DNA from: a bacterium | GTDB taxonomy: Bacteria; Elusimicrobiota; Elusimicrobia; Elusimicrobiales; UBA9959 | Reading direction: 5' to 3' | Length of the DNA stretch: 64,000 nt | NCBI GenBank assembly: GCA_021789695.1 | Contig: JAJYJH010000011.1 | Span: forward strand, 486 to 64,485 | Shown: positions 1-8,854 of the stretch, piece by piece | How positions within the stretch are numbered: position 1 is the stretch's first letter | How the letters are laid out: every line of letters begins with the position of its first letter | Program-made: the position numbers and the translations under genes | The notes under the pieces: generated by a model | The model's input: the letters and a program-made list of their open reading frames with translations, nothing else | What the model was told of the DNA's origin: nothing | Database searches by the model: none

Positions 1-287
1 TAGCCGAGGTACCGACTGTCCCGCGCACGCTTAGTCCCGCTCTTGCCCCCGTTGATTTTCAACCGAAGTCCGGCGCATAAGCGCTTCGACGTTTCCGTCA
101 CGCCCGGCGCAGCCGCCTCCGACCGGACGGACACATCCCCGTCCTCGGCGTACCGCACGAACGCGCGGCCACGCTTCTTTCAGCGTGTGCCTCGCGCCAT
201 ACTGCCTTGCGCTTCGCCTGAGTTTCCTGCGACCTGTCTCCCCGGAGGACTTTCACCTCAAAGTTTGGTTTCATGCCGGGCGCACAT

Positions 288-317
288 AAAAAACCCCGGC
301 TTCCGCCGGGGTTTTTT
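288..317. terminator. Rho-independent terminator hairpin (looks bidirectional)
   Basis: An A6 run is followed by a 7-bp GC stem (ccccggc/gccgggg, 294-300 and 305-311) with a 4-nt loop, then a T6 run. It lies about 16 nt past the stop of the minus-strand SEC-C gene. Confidence 0.7.
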
Positions 318-333
318 ATTCCGGTGTGACGGG

Positions 334-828
334 CTATTTGTCGACGCCGCAGCACTTCTTGTATTTTTTGCCGGAACCGCAGGGACAAGGGTCGTTGCGC
401 CCCACCTTGGGCTCCTCTCGCCGCACGGTATCCACCTTAACCGTTTCGCCGCCGCGGAGCACCTCGGGGTGCTTCTTCATCCACTTCTTCACTTCCTTGT
501 CGTCAGCCACGTCCACTCCGGCCACCAGCATCTTGCGGTAGATGCCTATGATCAGGGACCGCATCTGCGGGTCCTTGGCCTGGGCCAGAATCTCCGGGGA
601 CATCTTATCCAGCTCCGCGGCCAGCTCGTCGTCGGTCTTCTCCGCCGGGGATTTCGCCCTGGAGGGAGGCGCGGCTTTGGCCGGGGGCGCCTGAACGGGA
701 GCCGCCGGGACAGGAGAGGCCGGCTTATCAGCCGGGGCCGCGGCGTGCTCGTGATGAGCGTGTCCCGGCTTCTGCGCCTCTTTTTCAGTTTCCTTGTTTA
801 TCAATTTCTTAAGGAAGTTCCAGGCCAT
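334..828 (-). CDS. SEC-C motif (SecA C-terminal-like zinc-binding) domain protein with an Ala/Pro-rich N-terminal region
   Basis: The C-terminus is [19 protein letters not shown], the classic SEC-C metal-binding motif. ATG at 826-828 is preceded by GGAGGAGG. Confidence 0.8.
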   Translation of the reverse strand: MAWNFLKKLINKETEKEAQKPGHAHHEHAAAPADKPASPVPAAPVQAPPAKAAPPSRAKSPAEKTDDELAAELDKMSPEILAQAKDPQMRSLIIGIYRKMLVAGVDVADDKEVKKWMKKHPEVLRGGETVKVDTVRREEPKVGRNDPCPCGSGKKYKKCCGVDK

Positions 829-845
829 ATGTATCCTCCTCCGCT

Positions 846-1775
846 TTATGCCGCCACACGGGCCCGCTCTTTCAGGAAACAGGCCAGCGCTATCGAATGC
901 AGTTTGGTCATCGGGCTGTCGGTGCGCGACGGCAGGATGACGGGGATGTTGGAGCCGGCCAGCAGCGTGGCGCTCTTCATGCCGGCGCCGAAGAACGAGA
1001 TGGCCTTGTAGACCGGGTTGCCGGAGTCGAGGCTGGGGAATAGGGCGATGTCGGTGTTGCCCGGTACCACGGCGTCCTTGATGCCCTTCTCGGCCGCAAG
1101 CTCCCTGGAGAAGGAAATATAGATGTCGTACGGGCCCTCGACCGTGCAGTTCTTGATCCTCCCCTCCCTGTTGCGCTTCACCAGCTCGGCCGCGTCCAAC
1201 GTGCTGGGAATCTTCTCATTGACCTTCTCCACCGGACAGACCACGGCCACATTCGGCTTGGCGACCCCGAGCTGGCGCATCATGTCCACCGCGTTGTTGA
1301 CTATCATCTCTTTCTGGTCCACGTTCGGCGCGATCATGATGGCCGCGTCGGTGACGGCGAAGAGCTTGTGGTAGTTGGTCAGCTCGAAGAGCACGAAGTG
1401 GGAGAGCACGGTGCCCTCGGCCACCGCCCCTATCTCTTTGCGCAGTATGGCCTTCATGTAGAACTTAGTGTCCACCAGGCCCTTAACTAGAAAGTCCCCC
1501 TTACCGGCCTTCACCAGGTCCACCGCCGTGTTGCAGATTCCGGCGTAGTCCGAGAGGTCTATCGTCTCGAAGCTGTCCAGTTTCAAACCGACCTTTTTCG
1601 CCATCTCATGCACTTGGGACTTGGGTCCGATCAGGATGCCGCCGGAGATGATCCCGTGGTCCACGCCCATCTTACAGGCGGTCAGCACCTCATCGTTGTT
1701 GGCGCCCGGCACCACTATGCGATTAGTCTTGCCCTTCACCATACCTAAAAGCTCATCGAAGTTCCTGAATTTCAT
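846..1775 (-). CDS. ptb: Phosphate butyryltransferase / phosphate acyltransferase
   Basis: The 309-aa product resembles the Ptb/Pta family over its full length ([14 protein letters not shown]..., ...ILPSRTDS). It lies immediately downstream of butyrate kinase and has an RBS (GGAGGA) before the ATG. Confidence 0.85.
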   Translation of the reverse strand: MKFRNFDELLGMVKGKTNRIVVPGANNDEVLTACKMGVDHGIISGGILIGPKSQVHEMAKKVGLKLDSFETIDLSDYAGICNTAVDLVKAGKGDFLVKGLVDTKFYMKAILRKEIGAVAEGTVLSHFVLFELTNYHKLFAVTDAAIMIAPNVDQKEMIVNNAVDMMRQLGVAKPNVAVVCPVEKVNEKIPSTLDAAELVKRNREGRIKNCTVEGPYDIYISFSRELAAEKGIKDAVVPGNTDIALFPSLDSGNPVYKAISFFGAGMKSATLLAGSNIPVILPSRTDSPMTKLHSIALACFLKERARVAA

Positions 1776-1807
1776 AGTTTTCCTCCGTTGTGTTTTTGTG
1801 GTTAAAA

Positions 1808-2926
1808 TCAGTATTTCTTTACGGCGGCCGGCGTCTTCAGGGCTATCTCCGCCGCCGCGCGCAGCGCGGCCATCTCGTCGCCGCCCGGGTAGGCCAGCAC
1901 CGGCGCTATCCAGTCAACGCGCCGCTTTATCTCCGGGACCAGCACCTTGTCGTAGGCCAGCCCGCCGGTCAGCACGATCGCGTCCACCCTGCCCTCCAGC
2001 ACGGCCGCCATCGCGCCTATCTCCTTGCAGATCTGGTAGCCCATCGCCGAGACGGCCTCCCTGGCCTTCTCGCGGCTGAGCACGGCCGGGTCGAGGCCGC
2101 TGCCGGGTTTTACCTCCCCGGTAAGGATATATTTTTCCAGCGCTATGCAGTCTGAGGTGCCGGTGTAGGCCACCAGCCCCCCGCGGCCCTTAAGTTTGAG
2201 CAGCATGTCCTGCTTGGTGTACTTCCCAGAAAAGCACATGCCGACCAGCCCGCCCGCAGGAACTCCTCCGGAGCGCTGCGGAGTGAAAGGCCCGTCGCCG
2301 TTCAGCGCGTTGTTGACGTCCACCACGCGCCCGTTCAAGTGCGCGCCCACCGAGATCCCCCCGCCGCCGTGCATGATGATAAGGCGGCACTCGTTATAAG
2401 GCTTACCCAGCTGGGCCGCCGCGTGCCGGCCGACCCGCTTCTGGTTCAGCGCGTGAAAAATGGAGATGCGCGGGTTCTCGGGCATCCCGGAGTAGCGGGC
2501 GAGCGGCTCCATCTCGTCGACCACCACCGGATCGGCGATGAAGGCCTTTATCCCGAGCGGCTCGGCGATGTCGCGGGCTATGATGCCGCCGAGATTGGAG
2601 GGATGGTCGCCCAGCACTCCCTCCCTGAGGTCCGCCAGCAGCGCGTCGGTCACCTCGTAGACGCCGCCCTCTATCGGCTTCACCACCCCGCCGCGGCCTA
2701 TCACGGCGTGCAGCTCCTTCAGGTCCACGCCGTGCTCCTTCAGCGCCTCCAGCGCCATGCGCTTGCGCAGGTCGAACTGCGCGGTTATCTTCTCGCGCTC
2801 GTAAGGCTTAAGATCGTCAGGACTGTAGCGGACGGTCTTATGGAAGACCTCCTTGTCGCCGCGGAAGCAGCTCACCTCGTCGGAGGTGGAGCCCGGGTTG
2901 ATAACGAGTATATTGTATTCGGACAT
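1808..2926 (-). CDS. buk: Butyrate kinase
   Basis: The 372-aa product has the ILVINPGSTS N-terminus and acetate/butyrate-kinase (ASKHA) features. It is paired with ptb. Confidence 0.9.
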   Translation of the reverse strand: MSEYNILVINPGSTSDEVSCFRGDKEVFHKTVRYSPDDLKPYEREKITAQFDLRKRMALEALKEHGVDLKELHAVIGRGGVVKPIEGGVYEVTDALLADLREGVLGDHPSNLGGIIARDIAEPLGIKAFIADPVVVDEMEPLARYSGMPENPRISIFHALNQKRVGRHAAAQLGKPYNECRLIIMHGGGGISVGAHLNGRVVDVNNALNGDGPFTPQRSGGVPAGGLVGMCFSGKYTKQDMLLKLKGRGGLVAYTGTSDCIALEKYILTGEVKPGSGLDPAVLSREKAREAVSAMGYQICKEIGAMAAVLEGRVDAIVLTGGLAYDKVLVPEIKRRVDWIAPVLAYPGGDEMAALRAAAEIALKTPAAVKKY

Positions 2927-2936
2927 AGTCCTTCCC

Positions 2937-4046
2937 CTAATCGAAGTCTATCTCGTACAGGTACGGCACGTGTTTTTTCTCCAGCGTAACGAAGATCTTT
3001 TTTCCGCCGGCCGCTGCGAAGCCGGGCTGCTCCCTGCCGCCGTAACAGTAATCCTCCTTTGCGCAGGCCAGCAGCCTGGACGGGCCGCTCCAGGGACCCC
3101 ACGGGTAAGGCGCCAGACGGGCCGTGAGCGAACCTGTTCCGCGGTCAGAATACACGGCCAGATAGGCGCCGAGGGCCTGGTTATACGAAACGGAAAACTC
3201 CTCAGGCATATCCGGGATCACGTCGGAGGCCTCGGACACGTCCGAAGTCCACGGCACGCTGCCGGCGTCGGCGCTGTAGTAGGAATAATCCGCGCGCGAA
3301 GCCAGCTTGTCCGGCCTGACGCGGGCCAGCTGGGCGGGGTACTCTCCGGGCGAGGTCTCCTCCCGGCCGTAGACGTAGAGCCAGCCGTCCTCGTCGAAAA
3401 ACGCCGCGGAGCCGAAGGCGGGCTCGATGTCGTTCCAGAAGGCGTAGCCGTCCCCAAATGGCGCCTTGACGTAGGGACCGGCGGGACGCTCGGAACAGGC
3501 CACCCCCTGCCCGACACGGAAGTAATCATAAGGATCCGGACCGAAGTTGTTCATTATGGAATAGAACGCGCAGCAACGGCCGCCGGAGCAGAACCCGGAA
3601 CTGGGCCAGAATTTGCGCGCCTGGCTGTATTCCTTAAGGTCCCCGGAAAGCAGCGGCAGCGGCCAGCCGTTCTCGTCGGAGACGAAGGCAAGGCGCCCGG
3701 CCTGGGAATACGGCGAAGTGCTGGGGGCCAGCGCTGCCGCCCCGTCTATTATACCCCAGACCTCCGGCTGACCGTCGGGTCTTTTCCTGCCTGTCCAGAC
3801 GTTGTTGAGCAGCCAGAGGGTGCGCCCGTCCGGCAGCGGGATGGAGAAATTCCCGCCCTGCGCCACCGGCGCCGTAGTGGAGGCCGGGGACGAGAGCAGG
3901 GCGGTCCCGGAAGAAACGGAGAACGCCGGCAGGGCAGGGTCCTGCGCGCGGACCGCGGCCGGCAGCAGCAGACAGGCCAGCAGGAAGGACAGACGGCCTC
4001 CGGGCCGGCCGCCAAGTTCCAGCGTTGCATTCTTATGGGACCGCAT
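2937..4046 (-). CDS. Secreted hypothetical protein (possibly a glycoside-hydrolase-like beta-propeller, DUF4185-like)
   Basis: Signal-peptide-like N-terminus (RLSFLLACLLLPAAVRAQD). The composition is coding-like, unlike the opposite-strand ORF. ATG at 4044-4046 is preferred over the track's TTG at 4073. The family assignment is only an impression. Confidence 0.6.
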   Translation of the reverse strand: MRSHKNATLELGGRPGGRLSFLLACLLLPAAVRAQDPALPAFSVSSGTALLSSPASTTAPVAQGGNFSIPLPDGRTLWLLNNVWTGRKRPDGQPEVWGIIDGAAALAPSTSPYSQAGRLAFVSDENGWPLPLLSGDLKEYSQARKFWPSSGFCSGGRCCAFYSIMNNFGPDPYDYFRVGQGVACSERPAGPYVKAPFGDGYAFWNDIEPAFGSAAFFDEDGWLYVYGREETSPGEYPAQLARVRPDKLASRADYSYYSADAGSVPWTSDVSEASDVIPDMPEEFSVSYNQALGAYLAVYSDRGTGSLTARLAPYPWGPWSGPSRLLACAKEDYCYGGREQPGFAAAGGKKIFVTLEKKHVPYLYEIDFD

Positions 4047-4059
4047 TATGGCATCTCCG

Positions 4060-4087
4060 CTGACTGGATTCAAAATTATAATATAAT
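4060..4087 (+). promoter_or_regulatory. Candidate sigma70-type promoter for the FN3 surface-protein gene
   Basis: CTGACT (4060-4065), a 16-nt spacer, then TATAAT (4082-4087), inside an AT-rich divergent intergenic region. This is a sequence match only. Confidence 0.3.
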
Positions 4088-4172
4088 AGAAACCATGATG
4101 CGCGCAAACGCGCTGCCCCCCTGTAACATATTAGTCATTAAGGTTGGAAGGCGCTCTGCTAGACTATTACCG

Positions 4173-7100
4173 ATGCTCCCGCGGCGACGAACCATCTTCA
4201 CGCTAATAACTGCGGCGCTGCTGCTGGCCTGCGGCGCCATGCCTTCTCAGGCCGCGCTCTCCCCTTACACTTCCGCCTCTGGACTGAGTTCTCTTTCGTT
4301 CATTTGGGGCGCCGCAGGCTCACCATACGTGGTGGCGCTTTCGACCGACCCGCTGTTCCTGGTGCAGACCGCCACCGGGGCCCTCTCCGCCAACACCACC
4401 TCCTATACCGGCCTCAGCCAGGACACGCTCTACTATTTCCGCGTCAAAAGCCAGTCGGCCCCGGACTCGGCCTACGAAACGGCCTCCACCGCCACCTGGG
4501 TGGCCGCTCCTGCCGGCCTGTACTCAGTGCCGTCCTATTTCACTTCGGATTCGTCCTTCACGGCCACGGCGCGGCTGGGCTGGGATACCGGCGGGAATCC
4601 GGTGTGGACGGCCTACGAGATGCAGTACGCCTTAAATTCGTCCTTTTCCCCCTCTGCCACGGCCATGCCCGGTTACCCGCCCGCCACCCTTGGCGGACTG
4701 AACGCCAACACCACCTACTATTTCAAGGTACGGGCGGTGGGCGTCTCGGGAGTGGTCACGCCGTACGCTCCGTACATCTCCACCGCCACCATGGCCCTGG
4801 CTCTTCCAGGGGTCTCGGAGAAGGTGCACGAGACCAGCGCCACCATCTCCTGGACCCCGGTCTACGACGCGACGGTACAGGCCCTCACCTCGGAAGGCTA
4901 CAAGGTCCTACTGCAGAGCGATCCCACCCTTACCTCCCCGTCCGTCTGGGTCACGGCTTCGCCGACGGCTTCTTCAGCCGACTTCACCGGACTCGCCCGC
5001 AACACCGGGTACTGGTACAAGGCCGGAGCCCTGAACTGGACCGGCGCGCCGAACATGTCGGATATCCGCTATTTCGTCACCCTCGCGGCTGTACCGCAGG
5101 GGCTCGCCAGATCTTCGGTAACAGCCGGCGCGGCCAGCCTGACCTGGACTCCGCTCGGGCCCGGGGAGACGTACGGTTACAGGCTCGAGGCCTCCGCGGA
5201 CCCCGCCTGGTCTTACGGCGCCATTCAGTCGTCTTCCGCTTACGACGCGTCGGTTAGCACCCTTACAATAGACACGCTGGACTCTAATACCACCTACTAT
5301 TTCCGGGCCGCCTCGTTGAACACCGCCGGCGCTCCCGACTATACCGCCAGCCTTTCCTCCGTCACGCTGGCCCTGGCGATCCCGGGGGATGTCGCCTGGT
5401 CCAATGCCCAGCCCCAGGCGATAACGGTGGAGTTCATTCCGCTGCCGCAGACGCTGCAGTCGCTCTCGTGCGAAGGCTACCGCTTGGAAGCCTCAACGGC
5501 TCCGTTCGGTTCCGGCGGCGCAGTGATCTCCTCCGCCACCTACGACGTCTACCCGACCGGGTTCACGCGCCAACTGACGGCGCAAGGCCTGGCTCCCAAT
5601 AACACGTACTATCTGCGCCTCGGCACCCTCAACTGGCAATATACCCCGGACTATACCGTGCTGCCCTCCACCCATACAGGCTTCCCCGGAAACCTGACCA
5701 ACGTCACGCTGGACGCGGTCTGGAGTTCCAGCGCCTCCGTCAGCTTCACCCCGGGCATAGCGGCAGAAGGCCACGTGGCCGAGGCCTCCGCCTCGCCTTA
5801 CTTCGATACGATATACGCCAGTTCCTACACTCCGAGCGGCACGGCCTCCAACCTGATAGTAAGCGGCCTGGACCCCAACACCACCTATTATTTCAGGGCC
5901 GGGGCGCTCTACAACGGAGCCACGGTCTACACGAACACCGTGCCCGACTACCGTCAGACCCTGCCGCAGCCGCTTACCGCCCTGTCGTTCGCCGGTGTTT
6001 ACCAGTCCAGCGTAACCGTCTCCTGGGCGCCCTTGGCCGGCACCTCGCAGATCTCCTCGGCTGAATCCTACATACTTCAGGGCGCTGTTTCCCCGGCCTT
6101 CTCCCCGGTGCTGTTCTCCTCCTCCACCGCAGACATCTCGCGCGACAGGCTTACGATAAGCGGCCTCTCTCCGGACACCAGCTATTATTTCAGGGCGGGC
6201 ACGGTCAACATGGAAGGTTCCGTCAATTACTCCCTCACCCCGGACACCTCTACGATGGCCAACCAGCCCGCCGCGCAATCCTATACAGCCATAACCCCGG
6301 ATTCGCTCACGCTGACCTGGGGGTCCCACGGCAACCCGGCCGATACCAGGTACATGGTGGAGATGTCCTCCTACCCGGACTACAGCTACGCCAGGCCGGC
6401 GCAGACCGTGGCGCTGACCACAGCCGCCTTCTCCGGCCTGTTGCCGAACACGACCTACTATTCGCGCGCGACGGCCATAAACAGGCTGGGACGCGCTACG
6501 CCGGCGCTGGACTTCTCCCCTATGGCCACCGGGGCCTTCGACCCCGGAGTGTTGCCGTTCTCCGGCGTAGGGGTCTCGAGCCTGACGGTCAACTGGTCCT
6601 CCGGGGCGGCCGCGGGCTTCTTCAACAATCCGGGCACCTTCTACCTGGTGTCCATCTCCTCAGAACAGGCCTTCTCCGGCACCGTCCTCTCCTCCACGAC
6701 GCTCGGTCTCTCCGCCACCTTCTACGGCCTGCTCTCCGACACAAGCTACTACCTGCACGTATCGGCGCTTAACCTGACCGGAGTGCCAACGGACCCGCCG
6801 GCGCAGCTCGGCACCGCGCTGACCCTGCCCGCTACTGCGTACCTGTTGCCGCCCGACGCCACCTTCCCGCCCGCCCAGATGATGATAGACGGTTTCACGG
6901 CGGCCTGGGGCCCTAACGGCAACTCCCCGGACACGCGCTATTACGTGGAGGCCTCTACTGTGAACGCGGGCGCAGGCCCTGACTTCAGCGTTATAGCCTC
7001 CTCCTGCCTGGCGCAGGGGCTCGCCTGCACCCTGACCGGTCTGCAGATAGACACGCAGTACTGGCTGCGCGTGCAGGCCATCGGGCAGACCGGCGCGCTG

Positions 7101-7844
7101 GCGGATTTCGTGCAGCTTGGCTCCACCAGGACGCTACTCTCAGCCACGGGCAGCGCGCCCGCCCTGCAGGATACAGTGGTCACGCTCGACGCCTCCTACG
7201 GCCAAATCTCCGTGCATATCCCTCCCGGGGCCCTTGGCGGGGCCACAAGGCTGACGCTCTCCCCGTCCACCACCACGCTGGCCGGACCGGCCTCCGCGGT
7301 GTCGGCCCTAACGCCTACCGGCATAGGCGTCACCATCAACTACTTCCCTCCCGCCCTCGTACTGGGGGCCATAACTATAACCGTACCGTACCGTCTCTCC
7401 GACCTGCCCGCCAATATAGACCCGGCGCGGCTGGTGCTCGCTTTCTACGACGAGACTGACCGGGTCTGGGTGCCGCTGCCCTCGGTTTCCAACGTGCCGG
7501 CGCGCCTGGTGACGGCCCAGACCTGGCACCTCTCCACCTTTCAGCTGATGCAGACCAATCCGACGGCGGGGCTGTCGGGGGTCAAGGTCTACCCGAACCC
7601 ATACCGCCCCAACTCCGTAACCGGCGTGATGCACTTCGCGGACCTGCCGCCCTACTCCGAGGTCAAGATTTACACTTTCCTGGGGGAGCTTGTAAGGAAG
7701 CTGAAGGCCGATATCGACGGTATGGCGCAATGGGACGGGCTCAACAGGGACGGGCGCGAGGCCGCCAGCGGAGTGTACATAGCCTACGTACAAAGCCCCG
7801 ACAAAAAGAGCAGCAGGAGCCTGAAGGTGGCCGTGGAAAGATGA
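4173..7844 (+). CDS. Large cell-surface protein: signal peptide, about 10 fibronectin type III repeats, an Ig-like region, and a T9SS-type (Por secretion tail / FlgD-Ig-like) C-terminal domain
   Basis: An in-frame ATG at 4173 gives MLPRRRTIFTLITAALLLACGAMPSQA, a signal peptide. A GL.(P/S)(N/D)T.YYFR motif recurs 10 times at intervals of about 85-100 aa. The last 87 aa (7581-7841), VKVYPNPYRPNS...GVYIAYVQS...LKVAVER, look like a T9SS CTD. Confidence 0.85.
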   Translation: MLPRRRTIFTLITAALLLACGAMPSQAALSPYTSASGLSSLSFIWGAAGSPYVVALSTDPLFLVQTATGALSANTTSYTGLSQDTLYYFRVKSQSAPDSAYETASTATWVAAPAGLYSVPSYFTSDSSFTATARLGWDTGGNPVWTAYEMQYALNSSFSPSATAMPGYPPATLGGLNANTTYYFKVRAVGVSGVVTPYAPYISTATMALALPGVSEKVHETSATISWTPVYDATVQALTSEGYKVLLQSDPTLTSPSVWVTASPTASSADFTGLARNTGYWYKAGALNWTGAPNMSDIRYFVTLAAVPQGLARSSVTAGAASLTWTPLGPGETYGYRLEASADPAWSYGAIQSSSAYDASVSTLTIDTLDSNTTYYFRAASLNTAGAPDYTASLSSVTLALAIPGDVAWSNAQPQAITVEFIPLPQTLQSLSCEGYRLEASTAPFGSGGAVISSATYDVYPTGFTRQLTAQGLAPNNTYYLRLGTLNWQYTPDYTVLPSTHTGFPGNLTNVTLDAVWSSSASVSFTPGIAAEGHVAEASASPYFDTIYASSYTPSGTASNLIVSGLDPNTTYYFRAGALYNGATVYTNTVPDYRQTLPQPLTALSFAGVYQSSVTVSWAPLAGTSQISSAESYILQGAVSPAFSPVLFSSSTADISRDRLTISGLSPDTSYYFRAGTVNMEGSVNYSLTPDTSTMANQPAAQSYTAITPDSLTLTWGSHGNPADTRYMVEMSSYPDYSYARPAQTVALTTAAFSGLLPNTTYYSRATAINRLGRATPALDFSPMATGAFDPGVLPFSGVGVSSLTVNWSSGAAAGFFNNPGTFYLVSISSEQAFSGTVLSSTTLGLSATFYGLLSDTSYYLHVSALNLTGVPTDPPAQLGTALTLPATAYLLPPDATFPPAQMMIDGFTAAWGPNGNSPDTRYYVEASTVNAGAGPDFSVIASSCLAQGLACTLTGLQIDTQYWLRVQAIGQTGALADFVQLGSTRTLLSATGSAPALQDTVVTLDASYGQISVHIPPGALGGATRLTLSPSTTTLAGPASAVSALTPTGIGVTINYFPPALVLGAITITVPYRLSDLPANIDPARLVLAFYDETDRVWVPLPSVSNVPARLVTAQTWHLSTFQLMQTNPTAGLSGVKVYPNPYRPNSVTGVMHFADLPPYSEVKIYTFLGELVRKLKADIDGMAQWDGLNRDGREAASGVYIAYVQSPDKKSSRSLKVAVER

Positions 7845-7860
7845 GGATGGCGCGGACTTT

Positions 7861-8844
7861 ATGAGGAAAGCGGCGTTGAAATGCCTGAGAAACGCGGCAG
7901 GAGCGGCACTGTTGCTCTGCGCCCCGACCCTGGTTCTTTCTGCGTCGGCCGCCGGTTACGATTCCTCTTCCGTCGGTACGGCCGCCGCCCAGTTCCTGAA
8001 GATAGCCATGGGCGCGCGCGGCGCAGCCATGGGAGAGGCCTACGCCGCCCTCGCCGACGACGCCTTCGCGCTGGACTGGAACCCCGCCGGCCTGATCCAT
8101 GTAAAAAAGAACTCCATGGCCATGATGCACTCCCCCTACCTGGCCGGTTCCTACGCGGATTATCTGGCCTACGCCGAGAACGCGGGCGAGGTCGGGTCCT
8201 GGGGAGTAGCTTTGAAATACATGAACTACGGCAAGATCACGCAGACCGACGCCAGCGGCGTGGACTTGGGAAGTTTCTCCCCTTCCGACACCGAGATCAG
8301 CGTGGGCTTCGCCTGTTACATAACGGGCTTCAACGAGGAGCCAGAGGACCGTTTCGTATTGGGCGCCACCGGCAAGTTCGTCAAATCCAAGATAATTTCC
8401 GGCGACAACACGGTCTCCGCCGACATAGGGCTAAACCTGCCGTACATGTTCGACAACAACTTCCGCGTCAGCCTGGTGGCCCAGAACATCATGGGCACGC
8501 TGCGCTACGACAAGGAGGATTCTCCGCTGCCGCTGATACTACGCCTGGGCACGCTCACGAAGCTGGGGAACTACTTCAACCTCACCGGCGACATAGTGGC
8601 GCCCAGCGATTCGCTGCCCTTCCTGGCGATGGGAGGAGAGCTCAGCGTGCCGGTGAACCGCGATATAGACGCGGCGCTGCGCGCGGGTTTTAACACGCGT
8701 GCCATAACCGACCTGGGCGGGACCCGCAACGTCTCAATGGGCGGCGGCCTGCGCTATACCGATTACAGGCTGGACTACTCCTTCTCCCCGTTCGGGGACC
8801 TTGGCTCCGTCCACCGCATCTCGGCCACTATCGTTTTCGAATAA
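7861..8844 (+). CDS. PorV/PorQ-family outer-membrane beta-barrel protein
   Basis: Signal peptide, then GTAAAQFLKIAMGARGAAMGEAYAALADDAFALDWNPAGL, which matches my recollection of the PorV/PorQ family N-terminal signature. The remainder has alternating beta-strand character and ends in an aromatic-rich C-terminus (ISATIVFE). Confidence 0.7.
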   Translation: MRKAALKCLRNAAGAALLLCAPTLVLSASAAGYDSSSVGTAAAQFLKIAMGARGAAMGEAYAALADDAFALDWNPAGLIHVKKNSMAMMHSPYLAGSYADYLAYAENAGEVGSWGVALKYMNYGKITQTDASGVDLGSFSPSDTEISVGFACYITGFNEEPEDRFVLGATGKFVKSKIISGDNTVSADIGLNLPYMFDNNFRVSLVAQNIMGTLRYDKEDSPLPLILRLGTLTKLGNYFNLTGDIVAPSDSLPFLAMGGELSVPVNRDIDAALRAGFNTRAITDLGGTRNVSMGGGLRYTDYRLDYSFSPFGDLGSVHRISATIVFE

Positions 8845-8854
8845 TCCAGGTAAG

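Noticed and set aside
1-290. Assigning the left-edge non-coding stretch to SRP RNA, RNase P RNA, or an FMN or cobalamin riboswitch
   Set aside because: Only short motif-like strings match (GGTGAAAGTCC, CAGGTC...CAAGGCAG). The other conserved cores of each family, as I recall them, are absent (for example GGAAGCAGC for SRP RNA, AGGGUGAAAGGGUGCGGUAAGAGCGCACC for RNase P, and CCCGCCACUGU for cobalamin).
98-388. 96-aa minus-strand ORF at the left edge
   Set aside because: It spans the intrinsic terminator at 288-317 and overlaps the 3' end of the SEC-C gene. Its translation is Arg-rich and low in complexity, so it is probably not a gene.
2853-4172. The first 440 codons of the 1663-aa track ORF (2853-7844), which would make a much larger FN3 protein
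   Set aside because: This part lies antisense to the well-formed secreted-protein gene 2937-4046. It is Arg/Gly/Pro-rich with no domain character, and it crosses an AT-rich promoter-like spacer. An in-frame ATG at 4173 gives a clean signal peptide, so the true gene is 4173-7844.
4173-8844. Calling a complete type IX secretion system
   Set aside because: Only a CTD-bearing cargo and a PorV/PorQ-like barrel are visible. No translocon, motor or sortase-like components occur in the window, so only the pair is reported.
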